DNA from: an uncultured Alphaproteobacteria bacterium
GTDB taxonomy: Bacteria; Pseudomonadota; Alphaproteobacteria; GCA-002720895
Direction: 5' to 3'
NCBI GenBank assembly: GCA_902607475.1
Contig: CACLKH010000002.1
Coordinates: forward strand, 20,872 to 84,871
DNA length: 64,000 nucleotides
In this document: positions 29,785 to 38,519 of the stretch, one piece after another
Layout of the letters: every line of letters begins with the position of its first letter
Numbering within the stretch: the first letter of the stretch is position 1
The notes under the pieces: model-generated
The model's input: the letters and a program-made list of their open reading frames with translations, nothing else
Databases searched by the model: none
What the model was told of the DNA's origin: nothing
Translations under genes and position numbers: made by a program

Positions 29785-30492
29785 ATGATTGAATTAACTG
29801 AAATAATTAAGAATTCTTTTAATCTAATTTTTTCATTAAATCTTGATTTACTTGAAATAATTTTATTATCTTTAAAAATTTCTTTTTTCTCACTTTTATT
29901 CTCATGTATGTTTGGTTTACCATTAGGTTCATTTTTAGCAGTTTCAAAGTTTTTTGGCAGAGGATTTTTAATTTTGTTTTTTAATTCGATGCTGGGGTTA
30001 CCTCCGGTTTTTGTTGGTTTGGTTCTTTATATTATTTTATCTATTTCAGGACCTTTGGGTTCTTTAGAGTTGCTTTATACACCAGTTGCAATGATTATTG
30101 CTCAATTTTGTTTGATAACGCCAATTATTGTTTCGCTTACCAAACAAGTTATAGAACAAATGACTGAAGAATATGATGAACTTTTAAAATCTTTACGAGC
30201 AAATACAAGGGAGAGAATGATGACTATTTTGTGGGATTCTAGATATTCATTATTGACATGCATTCTTGCAGGTTTAGGGAGATCGCTATCAGAAGTTGGG
30301 GCCATTATTATAGTTGGTGGTAATATTGCGCATGCAACACGAGTAATGACAACATCAATTGCATTAGAAACATCAAAAGGAAATTTGGAAATTGCAGTAG
30401 CTCTTGGATTTATATTAATTTTTATCTCAATATTTATAAATTTATTAGTTTCTATTTTGACAGAATTTGCAAAAAAGGCTTCTTATGATTAA
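29785..30492 (+). CDS. tupB: ABC transporter permease, tungstate/oxyanion (TupB-like)
   Basis: 235 aa, about 5-6 helices, with an EAA-like loop (LLKSLRANTRERMMTILW). Operon with an ATPase and a TupA-like binding protein. Confidence 0.65.
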   Translation: MIELTEIIKNSFNLIFSLNLDLLEIILLSLKISFFSLLFSCMFGLPLGSFLAVSKFFGRGFLILFFNSMLGLPPVFVGLVLYIILSISGPLGSLELLYTPVAMIIAQFCLITPIIVSLTKQVIEQMTEEYDELLKSLRANTRERMMTILWDSRYSLLTCILAGLGRSLSEVGAIIIVGGNIAHATRVMTTSIALETSKGNLEIAVALGFILIFISIFINLLVSILTEFAKKASYD

Positions 30493-31231
30493 AAATATTT
30501 TTAAACCATTTAATAATAATTTAAAATCTTTATTACCTATTAATTTTCATAACGTATCTTTAAAATTAGATAATAATTATTTTTTTAATAAATTATCATT
30601 TAAAATTAATACGAGTGGTATCTCAGTATTTATAGGGGCAAATGGTGCGGGAAAATCAACTTGTATTAAATTATTAACAGGCTTAATCAAACCACATTCT
30701 GGTAAAGTATTATTCTCAATAGACAATAAAAATTTAGATACAATCGGTTATGTTCCACAAAAAATAATTCTATTGAGAAGAAGTGTGGAGAAAAATTTAT
30801 TACATACACTTTCAATATCTAATTATCCAACTAATAAAAAAAAACAAAGAGTTAAGGAGATCTTGAAATTTGCAAAATTAGAACACTTAGCAAAACAGTC
30901 GGCGCGTAATTTATCTATTGGACAACAACAATTAGTTTCTATTATGAGGGCGTTAGTAATTAGACCAAGTTTTTTATTTTTAGACGAGCCTTGCGCTAAT
31001 CTTGATCCTAAAACAACACGAATTATTGAAAATCTAATAAAAACAGTATCAAAATCTGGTGTGAAAATAATAATAGTTACACATGATTTATTTCAAGCAA
31101 AAAGATTAGCAAATGATATATTATTTTTTCAAAATGGAAAAATAATTGAACATACAGAAACAAAAAGTTTTTTTAAAAACCCAAGAAGCAAAGAAGTAAA
31201 AGATTTTAAAAAAGGTTTGTTATTAAAATAG
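30485..31231 (+). CDS. tupC: ABC transporter ATP-binding protein (TupC-like)
   Basis: Walker A GANGAGKST, signature LSIGQQQ, Walker B FLFLDEP. I prefer the ATG at 30485 (ATGATTAA overlap with the tupB stop) to the track's TTG at 30467. Confidence 0.7.
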   Translation: MIKNIFKPFNNNLKSLLPINFHNVSLKLDNNYFFNKLSFKINTSGISVFIGANGAGKSTCIKLLTGLIKPHSGKVLFSIDNKNLDTIGYVPQKIILLRRSVEKNLLHTLSISNYPTNKKKQRVKEILKFAKLEHLAKQSARNLSIGQQQLVSIMRALVIRPSFLFLDEPCANLDPKTTRIIENLIKTVSKSGVKIIIVTHDLFQAKRLANDILFFQNGKIIEHTETKSFFKNPRSKEVKDFKKGLLLK

Positions 31232-31240
31232 TAAAATTTT

Positions 31241-32062
31241 ATGATTAATAAATTTAAAATTATATTGTTAATATTTTTTCAATTAATTTTTTTTAAAAAC
31301 ACTATTTCAAAAGAAGATTCTTTAATAATACAATCTACAACTTCAACCAGAGATTCAGGTTTTTATAATTTTATTTTACCTAAATATAAAATAGTTGATG
31401 ATATTAGAATTAAAGTAATCGCCTCTGGCACCGGGCATGCAATAGTAAATGCAAAAAAATGTGATGCTGATATTGTTTTGGTCCATGATAAAACCTCTGA
31501 AGAATTATTTGTGAAAAACGAGTTCGGTTTATATAGAGAAGATTTAATGTATAATCATTTTCTACTGGTAGGCCCTAAATCATTAAACATTAGTGTTAAT
31601 AATGAAAATATTTATCAAGTATTACAAAAGATTTATGATAATAAATTAACTTTTGTTTCTAGAGGAGATAATAGTGGCACTAATAAAAAAGAAATTAGTT
31701 TATGGAAAAATTTAGGTTTAAAAATAAATACAAGAAAAGATCGTTGGTATTTGGAAACTGGTTCTGGCATGGGGGCTTCTTTAAATATAGCAGTAAATAA
31801 AAATGCTATCACATTAACAGATAGAGCTACATGGATTTCATTCAATAATAAGAGAAATCACACTATTCTTGTTGAAGGTGATGAGGATTTATATAATTAT
31901 TATGGGATTATACCTATCAATCCTAAAAAATGCCCAAAAACCGAGGCCGAGTCATCTGAAAAATTTATTAATTGGCTGTTATCAGATAAAGGCCAGGAAT
32001 TAATAAATTCATTTAGAATAAATGGAGAACAATTATTTTTTGGAAATTCGAAAAAAAATTAA
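31241..32062 (+). CDS. tupA: Periplasmic tungstate-binding protein (TupA-like)
   Basis: Signal-like N-terminus. The TTSTRDSGF motif corresponds to the TTTS.DSGL anion-binding motif of TupA-type proteins. Confidence 0.65.
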   Translation: MINKFKIILLIFFQLIFFKNTISKEDSLIIQSTTSTRDSGFYNFILPKYKIVDDIRIKVIASGTGHAIVNAKKCDADIVLVHDKTSEELFVKNEFGLYREDLMYNHFLLVGPKSLNISVNNENIYQVLQKIYDNKLTFVSRGDNSGTNKKEISLWKNLGLKINTRKDRWYLETGSGMGASLNIAVNKNAITLTDRATWISFNNKRNHTILVEGDEDLYNYYGIIPINPKKCPKTEAESSEKFINWLLSDKGQELINSFRINGEQLFFGNSKKN

Positions 32063-34185
32063 GAAGCTTTTTCTACTTCTACTAAGTTATCAGAAAATGT
32101 CGGAGCATTACCCATATCTGCAAGTAATCCTGAACTAATACTATTTACTGTACCAGTTTTACTTTTTTGTCTCCAGTAACCTAATGTGGCAACAACTATT
32201 CCTGGCGCTACATCTTCTGATATTCTAGCATTTCCATGAAAGTCACCTCTATCATTATAAACTTTTACATTCTCCCCATCTTCTATACCTCTGGTATTAG
32301 CATCAATTTTATTAATTATAACAAATTGTTCACCCTGGACTTTCATTTTACTATCCATATTTGCATATTGTGAATTTAAGAATGCATGACTTTTCGGTGA
32401 AATAATATTAAGTGGATATTTTTTTGCTAATTCAGGATTTGTATTTGGAGACTCTGCTGGAGGAACATAATCTGGCAATTCAGGGAGCGGTTCGCCCGGT
32501 TGGTTTCCCTCATACATTTGACGAAATGGACCGGCTACAAAGTTTTTTGCATTTTTTATAATAAAATTACATTTACCGTCTTCAGTTGCGAAATTACCTT
32601 CTTTATGCGGACAACGATCATCTTTAGTTCCAACATTTAATCGAGCATATCCATTTTTTCTTAAATAATCTAAAGTTATTCCCTTGCTTGCAGGAGCACT
32701 CCAGTCAACATAATTCTCTAGACATTCAGAGTCAGACCATTTAAATTGTTCTTCTTTATATCCCATACTTTCTGCAAGTTTTCGAAAAATTTCGTTATTT
32801 GGCAAAGCTTCTCCTGGAGGATCCAAACATTTTTCATTGTATGTAAGATAGAGATGTCCCCATGATAAAATCATATCTTCAAGTTCAGCACCCATAGCCG
32901 CTGGAAGTACAATATCTGCATATGATGCGGTGTCAGATATGAAGTGTTCAGCAGATACTAAAAACAGATCTTCTCTTTTTAAACCTTTAACTATCTTTTC
33001 TGTTTCAGGAGATTGTGTGACGGGATTAGCATTCCAACACATCATTGATTTAATTGGTATATCAGAATGAGTTTCTCCCAAAAGAGCTCTACCTATTTGA
33101 AGAGCATTTATAACTCTTGTATTTTCAGGAATAAGATCTGGTCTACAAATAACATCAAATTTATAAGGGTGTTCCCAAACTGGAAATTGAGTTATGCCTC
33201 CACCAACATGACGCCATGCGCCAGTTAATGCAGGTATACAAGTTACCGCACGTATTGTTTGTCCACCACCATAATGTCTTTCTAAAGCAACTCCCATTCT
33301 AATACCAGCTGGCTGCACAGTAGCTAATTCAAATGCTAATTTTTTTATATCTTCTGCTTTTACACCAGTTATTTTTGATGCCCATTCAGGGGTTTTTGAT
33401 TTAGCATGATTTTTTAATTCATCAAAACCATTTGTATAATTTTTAACGTATTCATCATCTGTTAAACCTTGTTCTATAATTGAATTAATAACACCCATAG
33501 CTAGCGCACCATCTGTTCCAGGTTTTGGTGATATATGCCAATCAGCTGCTTTAGCAGTTCTTGATTTATAAGAATCAATAACTACAACTTTCGCTCCTTT
33601 TTTTTTCGCATCTTTAATAACAGCCCAATGATGAAGATTTGTACTTACACTATTACAAGCCCAAATGACAATGTATTTTGAGTGTATATAACTTTCAACA
33701 TCTAAGCCTGCTGTTGGACCTACTGTTGATAAGTATGCTGTACAAGATCCTTCTCCGCAGAAGGTTCTTTCACAAACAGTCGCTCCCATTTTATTAAAAA
33801 AAGCATCCGCTCCATTTAATCCGTGGACTAGACCTTGATTACCTAAATAACTATATGGAATGATCGCTTGAGGCCCATATTCTTTAATGATTTCTTTCCA
33901 TTTGTCTGTAATTGTCTTAATTGCTTCAGACCATTTAATTCGTTCGAATTTTTTTTCACCTTTGGCACCAACTCTTTTTAAAGGATATAAGAGTCTATCA
34001 GGATGATAATGCTTCTTATCAAAATCTTTTACTTTCACACAAAGACCTCCTCTTGTATATGCATGATCTTTGTTCCCTGTAACGCTAATAAGTTTATTAT
34101 CCTTTATTTCATAGATCATCGAACATGTATCAGGACAATCATGTGGACAACCTCCAAAACCTTTCTTTACTACACTTTTAAGCAT
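32059..34185 (-). CDS. Cytoplasmic molybdopterin (Mo/W-bisPGD) oxidoreductase, substrate unknown
   Basis: N-terminal Fe-S motif GGCPHDCPDTC and MopB-type domains throughout, with a C-terminal beta-barrel (VKVYNDRGDF). No Tat signal. I prefer the start at MLKSVVKK (34185). The track's extra 23 aa (to 34254) would overlap fdhD. Confidence 0.85.
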   Translation of the reverse strand: MLKSVVKKGFGGCPHDCPDTCSMIYEIKDNKLISVTGNKDHAYTRGGLCVKVKDFDKKHYHPDRLLYPLKRVGAKGEKKFERIKWSEAIKTITDKWKEIIKEYGPQAIIPYSYLGNQGLVHGLNGADAFFNKMGATVCERTFCGEGSCTAYLSTVGPTAGLDVESYIHSKYIVIWACNSVSTNLHHWAVIKDAKKKGAKVVVIDSYKSRTAKAADWHISPKPGTDGALAMGVINSIIEQGLTDDEYVKNYTNGFDELKNHAKSKTPEWASKITGVKAEDIKKLAFELATVQPAGIRMGVALERHYGGGQTIRAVTCIPALTGAWRHVGGGITQFPVWEHPYKFDVICRPDLIPENTRVINALQIGRALLGETHSDIPIKSMMCWNANPVTQSPETEKIVKGLKREDLFLVSAEHFISDTASYADIVLPAAMGAELEDMILSWGHLYLTYNEKCLDPPGEALPNNEIFRKLAESMGYKEEQFKWSDSECLENYVDWSAPASKGITLDYLRKNGYARLNVGTKDDRCPHKEGNFATEDGKCNFIIKNAKNFVAGPFRQMYEGNQPGEPLPELPDYVPPAESPNTNPELAKKYPLNIISPKSHAFLNSQYANMDSKMKVQGEQFVIINKIDANTRGIEDGENVKVYNDRGDFHGNARISEDVAPGIVVATLGYWRQKSKTGTVNSISSGLLADMGNAPTFSDNLVEVEKAS

Positions 34186-34232
34186 TTTTTTATAGTATAT
34201 TAGGACAGATATCTCTAAAAATAAATTAAAAA

Positions 34233-35066
34233 ATGAAAAAAAAAGCAATCTCAACCTATAAAGTCCTTAAACCAAAAATAAACAACCAAAAATTAACTAA
34301 GGAAATTTTAGTTACAGACGAGAATAAAAAAAAAATTAAGATGCATTCTGTTGTGGAAAGACCTCTAACTTTATTTTTGAATGATCAGGAAATAGTTACA
34401 ATGATGACAATTTGTGATTATCCAAAATATCTAGCAATAGGTTATTTGTTAAATCAAAACATGCTTAAGAAGAATGATAAAATTACGGGCGTCGATTATG
34501 ATGAAGAAATTAGCACAGTAGTTGTTAGAACTAAATTAAAAACAAATTACGAAGAAAAACTAAAAAAAAAAACTCTTACATCAGGATGCGCCCAAGGTAC
34601 AGTTTTTGGAGATATTATGGAAGAGTTTGAAGAAATTAAACTGTCTAAAACTGCAAAAATTAAAGCTTCATGGATGATTAAATTACTTAAAGAAATTAAT
34701 ACAACTCCTAGTTTATATTTAAAAGCAAGAGCTATACATGGTTGTGTTTTATGTAAAAAAGATAAAGTAAAAGTTTATATGGAAGATGTTGGTAGACATA
34801 ACGCAGTTGATAAAATTGCAGGATATATGTACAAACATTCCATTTCCCCGGTTGATAAAATTTTTTATACAACTGGAAGACTTACTAGTGAAATGATTAT
34901 CAAAACTGTAAAAATGAGAATACCAATCTTAATATCAAGAAACGGTTTTACTTCATGGGGTGTAGAATTAGCAAAAAAATCTAATCTAACACTTATTGGA
35001 AGAACAAAAGGAAAAAGATTTGTAGCGTTATCAGGAATACAAAGAATTGTCTATGACAAAAAATAA
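34233..35066 (+). CDS. fdhD: Formate dehydrogenase accessory sulfurtransferase FdhD
   Basis: 277 aa. ERPLTLFLN, TSGCAQG (catalytic Cys loop), EDVGRHNAVDK and TGRLTSEM motifs. Confidence 0.9.
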   Translation: MKKKAISTYKVLKPKINNQKLTKEILVTDENKKKIKMHSVVERPLTLFLNDQEIVTMMTICDYPKYLAIGYLLNQNMLKKNDKITGVDYDEEISTVVVRTKLKTNYEEKLKKKTLTSGCAQGTVFGDIMEEFEEIKLSKTAKIKASWMIKLLKEINTTPSLYLKARAIHGCVLCKKDKVKVYMEDVGRHNAVDKIAGYMYKHSISPVDKIFYTTGRLTSEMIIKTVKMRIPILISRNGFTSWGVELAKKSNLTLIGRTKGKRFVALSGIQRIVYDKK

Positions 35067-35670
35067 AATATTAGGTGTAATACTGGCTGGAGGTCTTTCA
35101 AGAAGAATGGGAGGTAAAAACAAGTTTTTCAAAAAAATTAATAATATCACTATTCTTGATAGAATAATTTCTAAATCTGCAAAACAAGTAGATAAATTAA
35201 TTATTAATGCGAATATAAGTAAAAATAAGTTTTCTAAATATAAAGTAATTATTGTTAAAGATATTATTGAAGGTTATATGGGGCCATTAGCCGGAATTTT
35301 AACAGGATTAAATTGGGCAAAAAAAAAAAAGTATGAATGGATTGCAACTTATGCTTGCGATGCACCTTTTTTTCCAGATGATTTAGTAAAACAATTTTTA
35401 TGTATAGCAAAAAAAGAAAAAGTTGATATCGTTATCGCTAAATCGAATGGTAGAAAGCATCCAGTATTTGGTTTGTGGTCAATAAAATTATTGAATTCTT
35501 TAGAAAGATATTTGTTGAATGAAAAAAATAAAAAGATAGATTTTTGGGTAAAAAAAAATAGATATAAAGTTCTAAACTTTCCTTATAAAAAAATTGATCC
35601 TTTTTTTAATATTAATAATCCAGACGATTTAATTATAGCTAAGAAAATTTTTCATGAAATGTCTTTGTAA
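35053..35670 (+). CDS. mobA: Molybdenum cofactor guanylyltransferase
   Basis: GVILAGGLSRRMGG and GPLAGILTGL motifs. ATG at 35053 (the track uses TTG at 35047). Confidence 0.85.
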   Translation: MTKNKILGVILAGGLSRRMGGKNKFFKKINNITILDRIISKSAKQVDKLIINANISKNKFSKYKVIIVKDIIEGYMGPLAGILTGLNWAKKKKYEWIATYACDAPFFPDDLVKQFLCIAKKEKVDIVIAKSNGRKHPVFGLWSIKLLNSLERYLLNEKNKKIDFWVKKNRYKVLNFPYKKIDPFFNINNPDDLIIAKKIFHEMSL

Positions 35671-36628
35671 AAAAAAAAGTAATTTTAAAAAGAAAATTAC
35701 AGATATTAGAATTGGAAAATATAATTTTTCTATATATAAGTGTACAAAATGTGGAATTGGAAAAACATATCCCATTCTAACAAAAAAAGAAATAGAGTCT
35801 TTTCATGATGTAGGACAATATAGAGATGAAGAAGGTAAAAGATTTAATAATTTGATTGAATATTTAGTTAATGTTTTCAAAGAGAAACGAGCGAAAAGAA
35901 TAATGAGTTTTAAGTCTGTAGGAAAAATTTTAGATATTGGTGCTGGTAGAGGATTGCTTTTATCTATACTTAAAAAAAAAGGATGGAATGTTGTAGCAAG
36001 TGAAGTTAATCGTAAAACTGCAGATGTTATTAGAAATAGATTCAAACTACCCGTTTTAGAGGGTGATATTGATAAATTTAAAATTAAAAAAAATAGTTTT
36101 GATGTAATTAACATGTCACACGTTCTTGAGCATTTAAAAGACCCAATTTCTGTCATAAAAAAATGTAGATTTATATTAAAAAAAGAAGGTTTTATTTTTA
36201 TTGCAATTCCAAATAATGATAGCCTGCAATCTAAATTTGGAAAAAAACATTGGTACCATCTTTCTTTACCATATCATTTATATCATTTAACAGAGAAGAA
36301 TTTGTTAGATTTACTTAAGTTGAACGGTTTTGAAATAAAATATATAAAACATTTTGATGGAGAAATGAATATTTTTGGCTGGACTCAAACAATTTTAAAT
36401 TGTCTTGGCATTAAAAGAGATTTTCTTTTTGATATTTTGACATATAGATCTTTTAGATCTTTTAAAAATTTAAGAAAACCTAAGAATTTCTTTAATTTTT
36501 TTTCAAATTTATTTTTTACATTTATTTCTTTGATATTAATTCTTCCAATTTCATTTTTATTTTCAATATTAGAGGCGATTATTCAAAAAGGAGGTTGTAT
36601 AGAGGTTTGTGCTCAATTAAAACAATAA
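35654..36628 (+). CDS. Class I SAM-dependent methyltransferase with an N-terminal Cys pair and a C-terminal membrane helix
   Basis: ILDIGAGRGLL (motif I) and DVINMSHVLEHL. C-terminal hydrophobic LFFTFISLILILPISFLFSIL. The start overlaps the mobA stop by 17 nt. Confidence 0.8.
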   Translation: MKCLCKKKSNFKKKITDIRIGKYNFSIYKCTKCGIGKTYPILTKKEIESFHDVGQYRDEEGKRFNNLIEYLVNVFKEKRAKRIMSFKSVGKILDIGAGRGLLLSILKKKGWNVVASEVNRKTADVIRNRFKLPVLEGDIDKFKIKKNSFDVINMSHVLEHLKDPISVIKKCRFILKKEGFIFIAIPNNDSLQSKFGKKHWYHLSLPYHLYHLTEKNLLDLLKLNGFEIKYIKHFDGEMNIFGWTQTILNCLGIKRDFLFDILTYRSFRSFKNLRKPKNFFNFFSNLFFTFISLILILPISFLFSILEAIIQKGGCIEVCAQLKQ

Positions 36629-38508
36629 TTAAATTTTTTAATATTGAAAACAATTCTCCAGTAAAAAAAAAAATATTTTTTTTTTTATTATTTATTTCTA
36701 TTTTTGGAACAATATTTTCTTTTTTATCTCTTTTTATAAATTTTTTTTTTGATTTTGATCAATATAAACTTATTACAGCAGCAGAAAGTATTTCAAAAAA
36801 TAAATTAGGCGGTCTTCCTTATTTTCCTAATAGTTCTAGTGGAGCAGATATCCTTTGGTGGCCTTATATCTTTACTCCTTTATTTTATTCTCTTTTATTA
36901 GATTATATTTCCAATTTATATAATTTTTACTTTATTTTTATTTTAGAATATTTGATAGCAGTTTTTGTTTTAATAATTCTTTCAAGAAAATTATTAAAAT
37001 ATTTAAATGTAAATAAAAATATAGTTTATATATTTATTATAATTTTATTTTTTTCTCCTCTCTTCAACGAATATTTTATTGACACAAAATCTACATACCG
37101 ATGGTGTTTTATTTTTTCTATGCTTTCTATTTATTTTTTATTCAATTTATTTGAAAAAATTAATACAAAATATAAAAGAAGCGATTTATTTTTTTGTGGG
37201 TTTTTTTCCTCTTTGTCTCCTATGGCTTTTATAAGTGTAGGATTACCAATTTTTTTTGGTATACAAATAATTTTTTTTATTCAAAACTTTTTTATTAATA
37301 TAAAAAATAATCCAAAAAAAATTATTAATTTTTCTATTTTCTTTTTTGGATCTTTAATTCCCATATTTTTATTAATAATATATTTTACCAACTTTTCTAA
37401 CGCTTATGATTTTCAAAATTTATATAAATTATTTTTTCATTACAGCGGTGAAGTAGCACCAAACACAATAGGAAATTTTTTTATTAAATATGGATATTTT
37501 ATTAGTTCCTTATTAATAACTTCATACACACAAGTTAGCTTTATGCCAATTTTTATTTTAAGTTTAATTATAAATCTAATATTATTTAAAAATTTAAATA
37601 TAAACCAAAAAACACTTATTAGAACGCTAACAGTTTTTTTTGTATCTTGGTTAATTTTAGCTATTCCATTTAGTGCTCATATCTATGCAGGAAGAATGTC
37701 AATTCTTTACCCATTATTTATTTGTTCATTTATAAATATATTTTTATTTAAATTTAAAGATAAAAGGATATTTAACTTTTTTATTTTTTCTACAGTATTT
37801 ATTTTTATTTTACAGATTCTTTTTAATAATATCATAAGGAATTATGATATTAAATTACTAATAATTCCTGCAACACTGGTTATAATAATTTTTGCATTAT
37901 CTTACTTTTTATATAAAAATAAATACGATTTATTTACTCAAAAGAACTTTTCTATAAATTTATTATTTTACTTTTTTTTTGTTTTCTTTTTATTTAAAGT
38001 TTTTTATTTAAAAATATTATATTTTAAAAACTTTCTTTACGATGATTTAAGAAATTCAAATTTTCAAATCACTTCTTTTAATGATTCTGATACTTATATC
38101 GAACAAACAAAAAAAAAAATAGAAAAATATTTAGTTAATAATGACACTGTTTTAACTAACAAACCTTATACTGATTTTTTTTCAAATAATCCTTTGCAAG
38201 CATTATATAGTTACAGAATTTTTTTAGGCGGTGTTAAACAGGAGCCAGCAGATAAAATATTTCTTTTTTATAAAAATAATCAGAAAAATATAAATTTTTT
38301 TGAAAAAGATTTGGAAATTAATTCTATTTTTTATTTTAAAGGTTTTTACTATAAGATTTTAGAACAAAATAATCTTTACAAAAAAGAAAAATTTTATTAT
38401 GGCGAAAAAACCGATTTATTTAATAATAACTTTATTAAACCGATAATTTTTATTCCAGAAAATAAGATAAAAAAGTATTTTGATTGGAGAAAAGACAATT
38501 TAAAGTAA
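36595..38508 (+). CDS. Large polytopic membrane protein with a C-terminal soluble domain (GT-C-like architecture, unassigned)
   Basis: 637 aa: about 470 aa of Phe/Ile/Leu-rich helices, then about 170 aa of hydrophilic tail. No recognisable motif. Start uncertain (TTG, no nearby ATG). Confidence 0.4.
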   Translation: MYRGLCSIKTIIKFFNIENNSPVKKKIFFFLLFISIFGTIFSFLSLFINFFFDFDQYKLITAAESISKNKLGGLPYFPNSSSGADILWWPYIFTPLFYSLLLDYISNLYNFYFIFILEYLIAVFVLIILSRKLLKYLNVNKNIVYIFIIILFFSPLFNEYFIDTKSTYRWCFIFSMLSIYFLFNLFEKINTKYKRSDLFFCGFFSSLSPMAFISVGLPIFFGIQIIFFIQNFFINIKNNPKKIINFSIFFFGSLIPIFLLIIYFTNFSNAYDFQNLYKLFFHYSGEVAPNTIGNFFIKYGYFISSLLITSYTQVSFMPIFILSLIINLILFKNLNINQKTLIRTLTVFFVSWLILAIPFSAHIYAGRMSILYPLFICSFINIFLFKFKDKRIFNFFIFSTVFIFILQILFNNIIRNYDIKLLIIPATLVIIIFALSYFLYKNKYDLFTQKNFSINLLFYFFFVFFLFKVFYLKILYFKNFLYDDLRNSNFQITSFNDSDTYIEQTKKKIEKYLVNNDTVLTNKPYTDFFSNNPLQALYSYRIFLGGVKQEPADKIFLFYKNNQKNINFFEKDLEINSIFYFKGFYYKILEQNNLYKKEKFYYGEKTDLFNNNFIKPIIFIPENKIKKYFDWRKDNLK

Positions 38509-38519
38509 AAAATAAATTT

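Noticed and set aside
34186-34254. The N-terminal 23-aa extension of the Mo/W oxidoreductase in the ORF track. Similar extensions occur for the SDR at 42618..42695, recA at 61049..61063, mobA at 35047, tupC at 30467, the CinA-like gene at 9375, and the genes at 38484 and 40406.
   Set aside because: The extensions use TTG or distant ATG codons, overlap neighbouring genes and add non-conserved-looking residues. Downstream ATGs give canonical N-termini (GGCPHDC.., ITGGTGFVGS.., and a GGAGG Shine-Dalgarno before recA ATG 61064).
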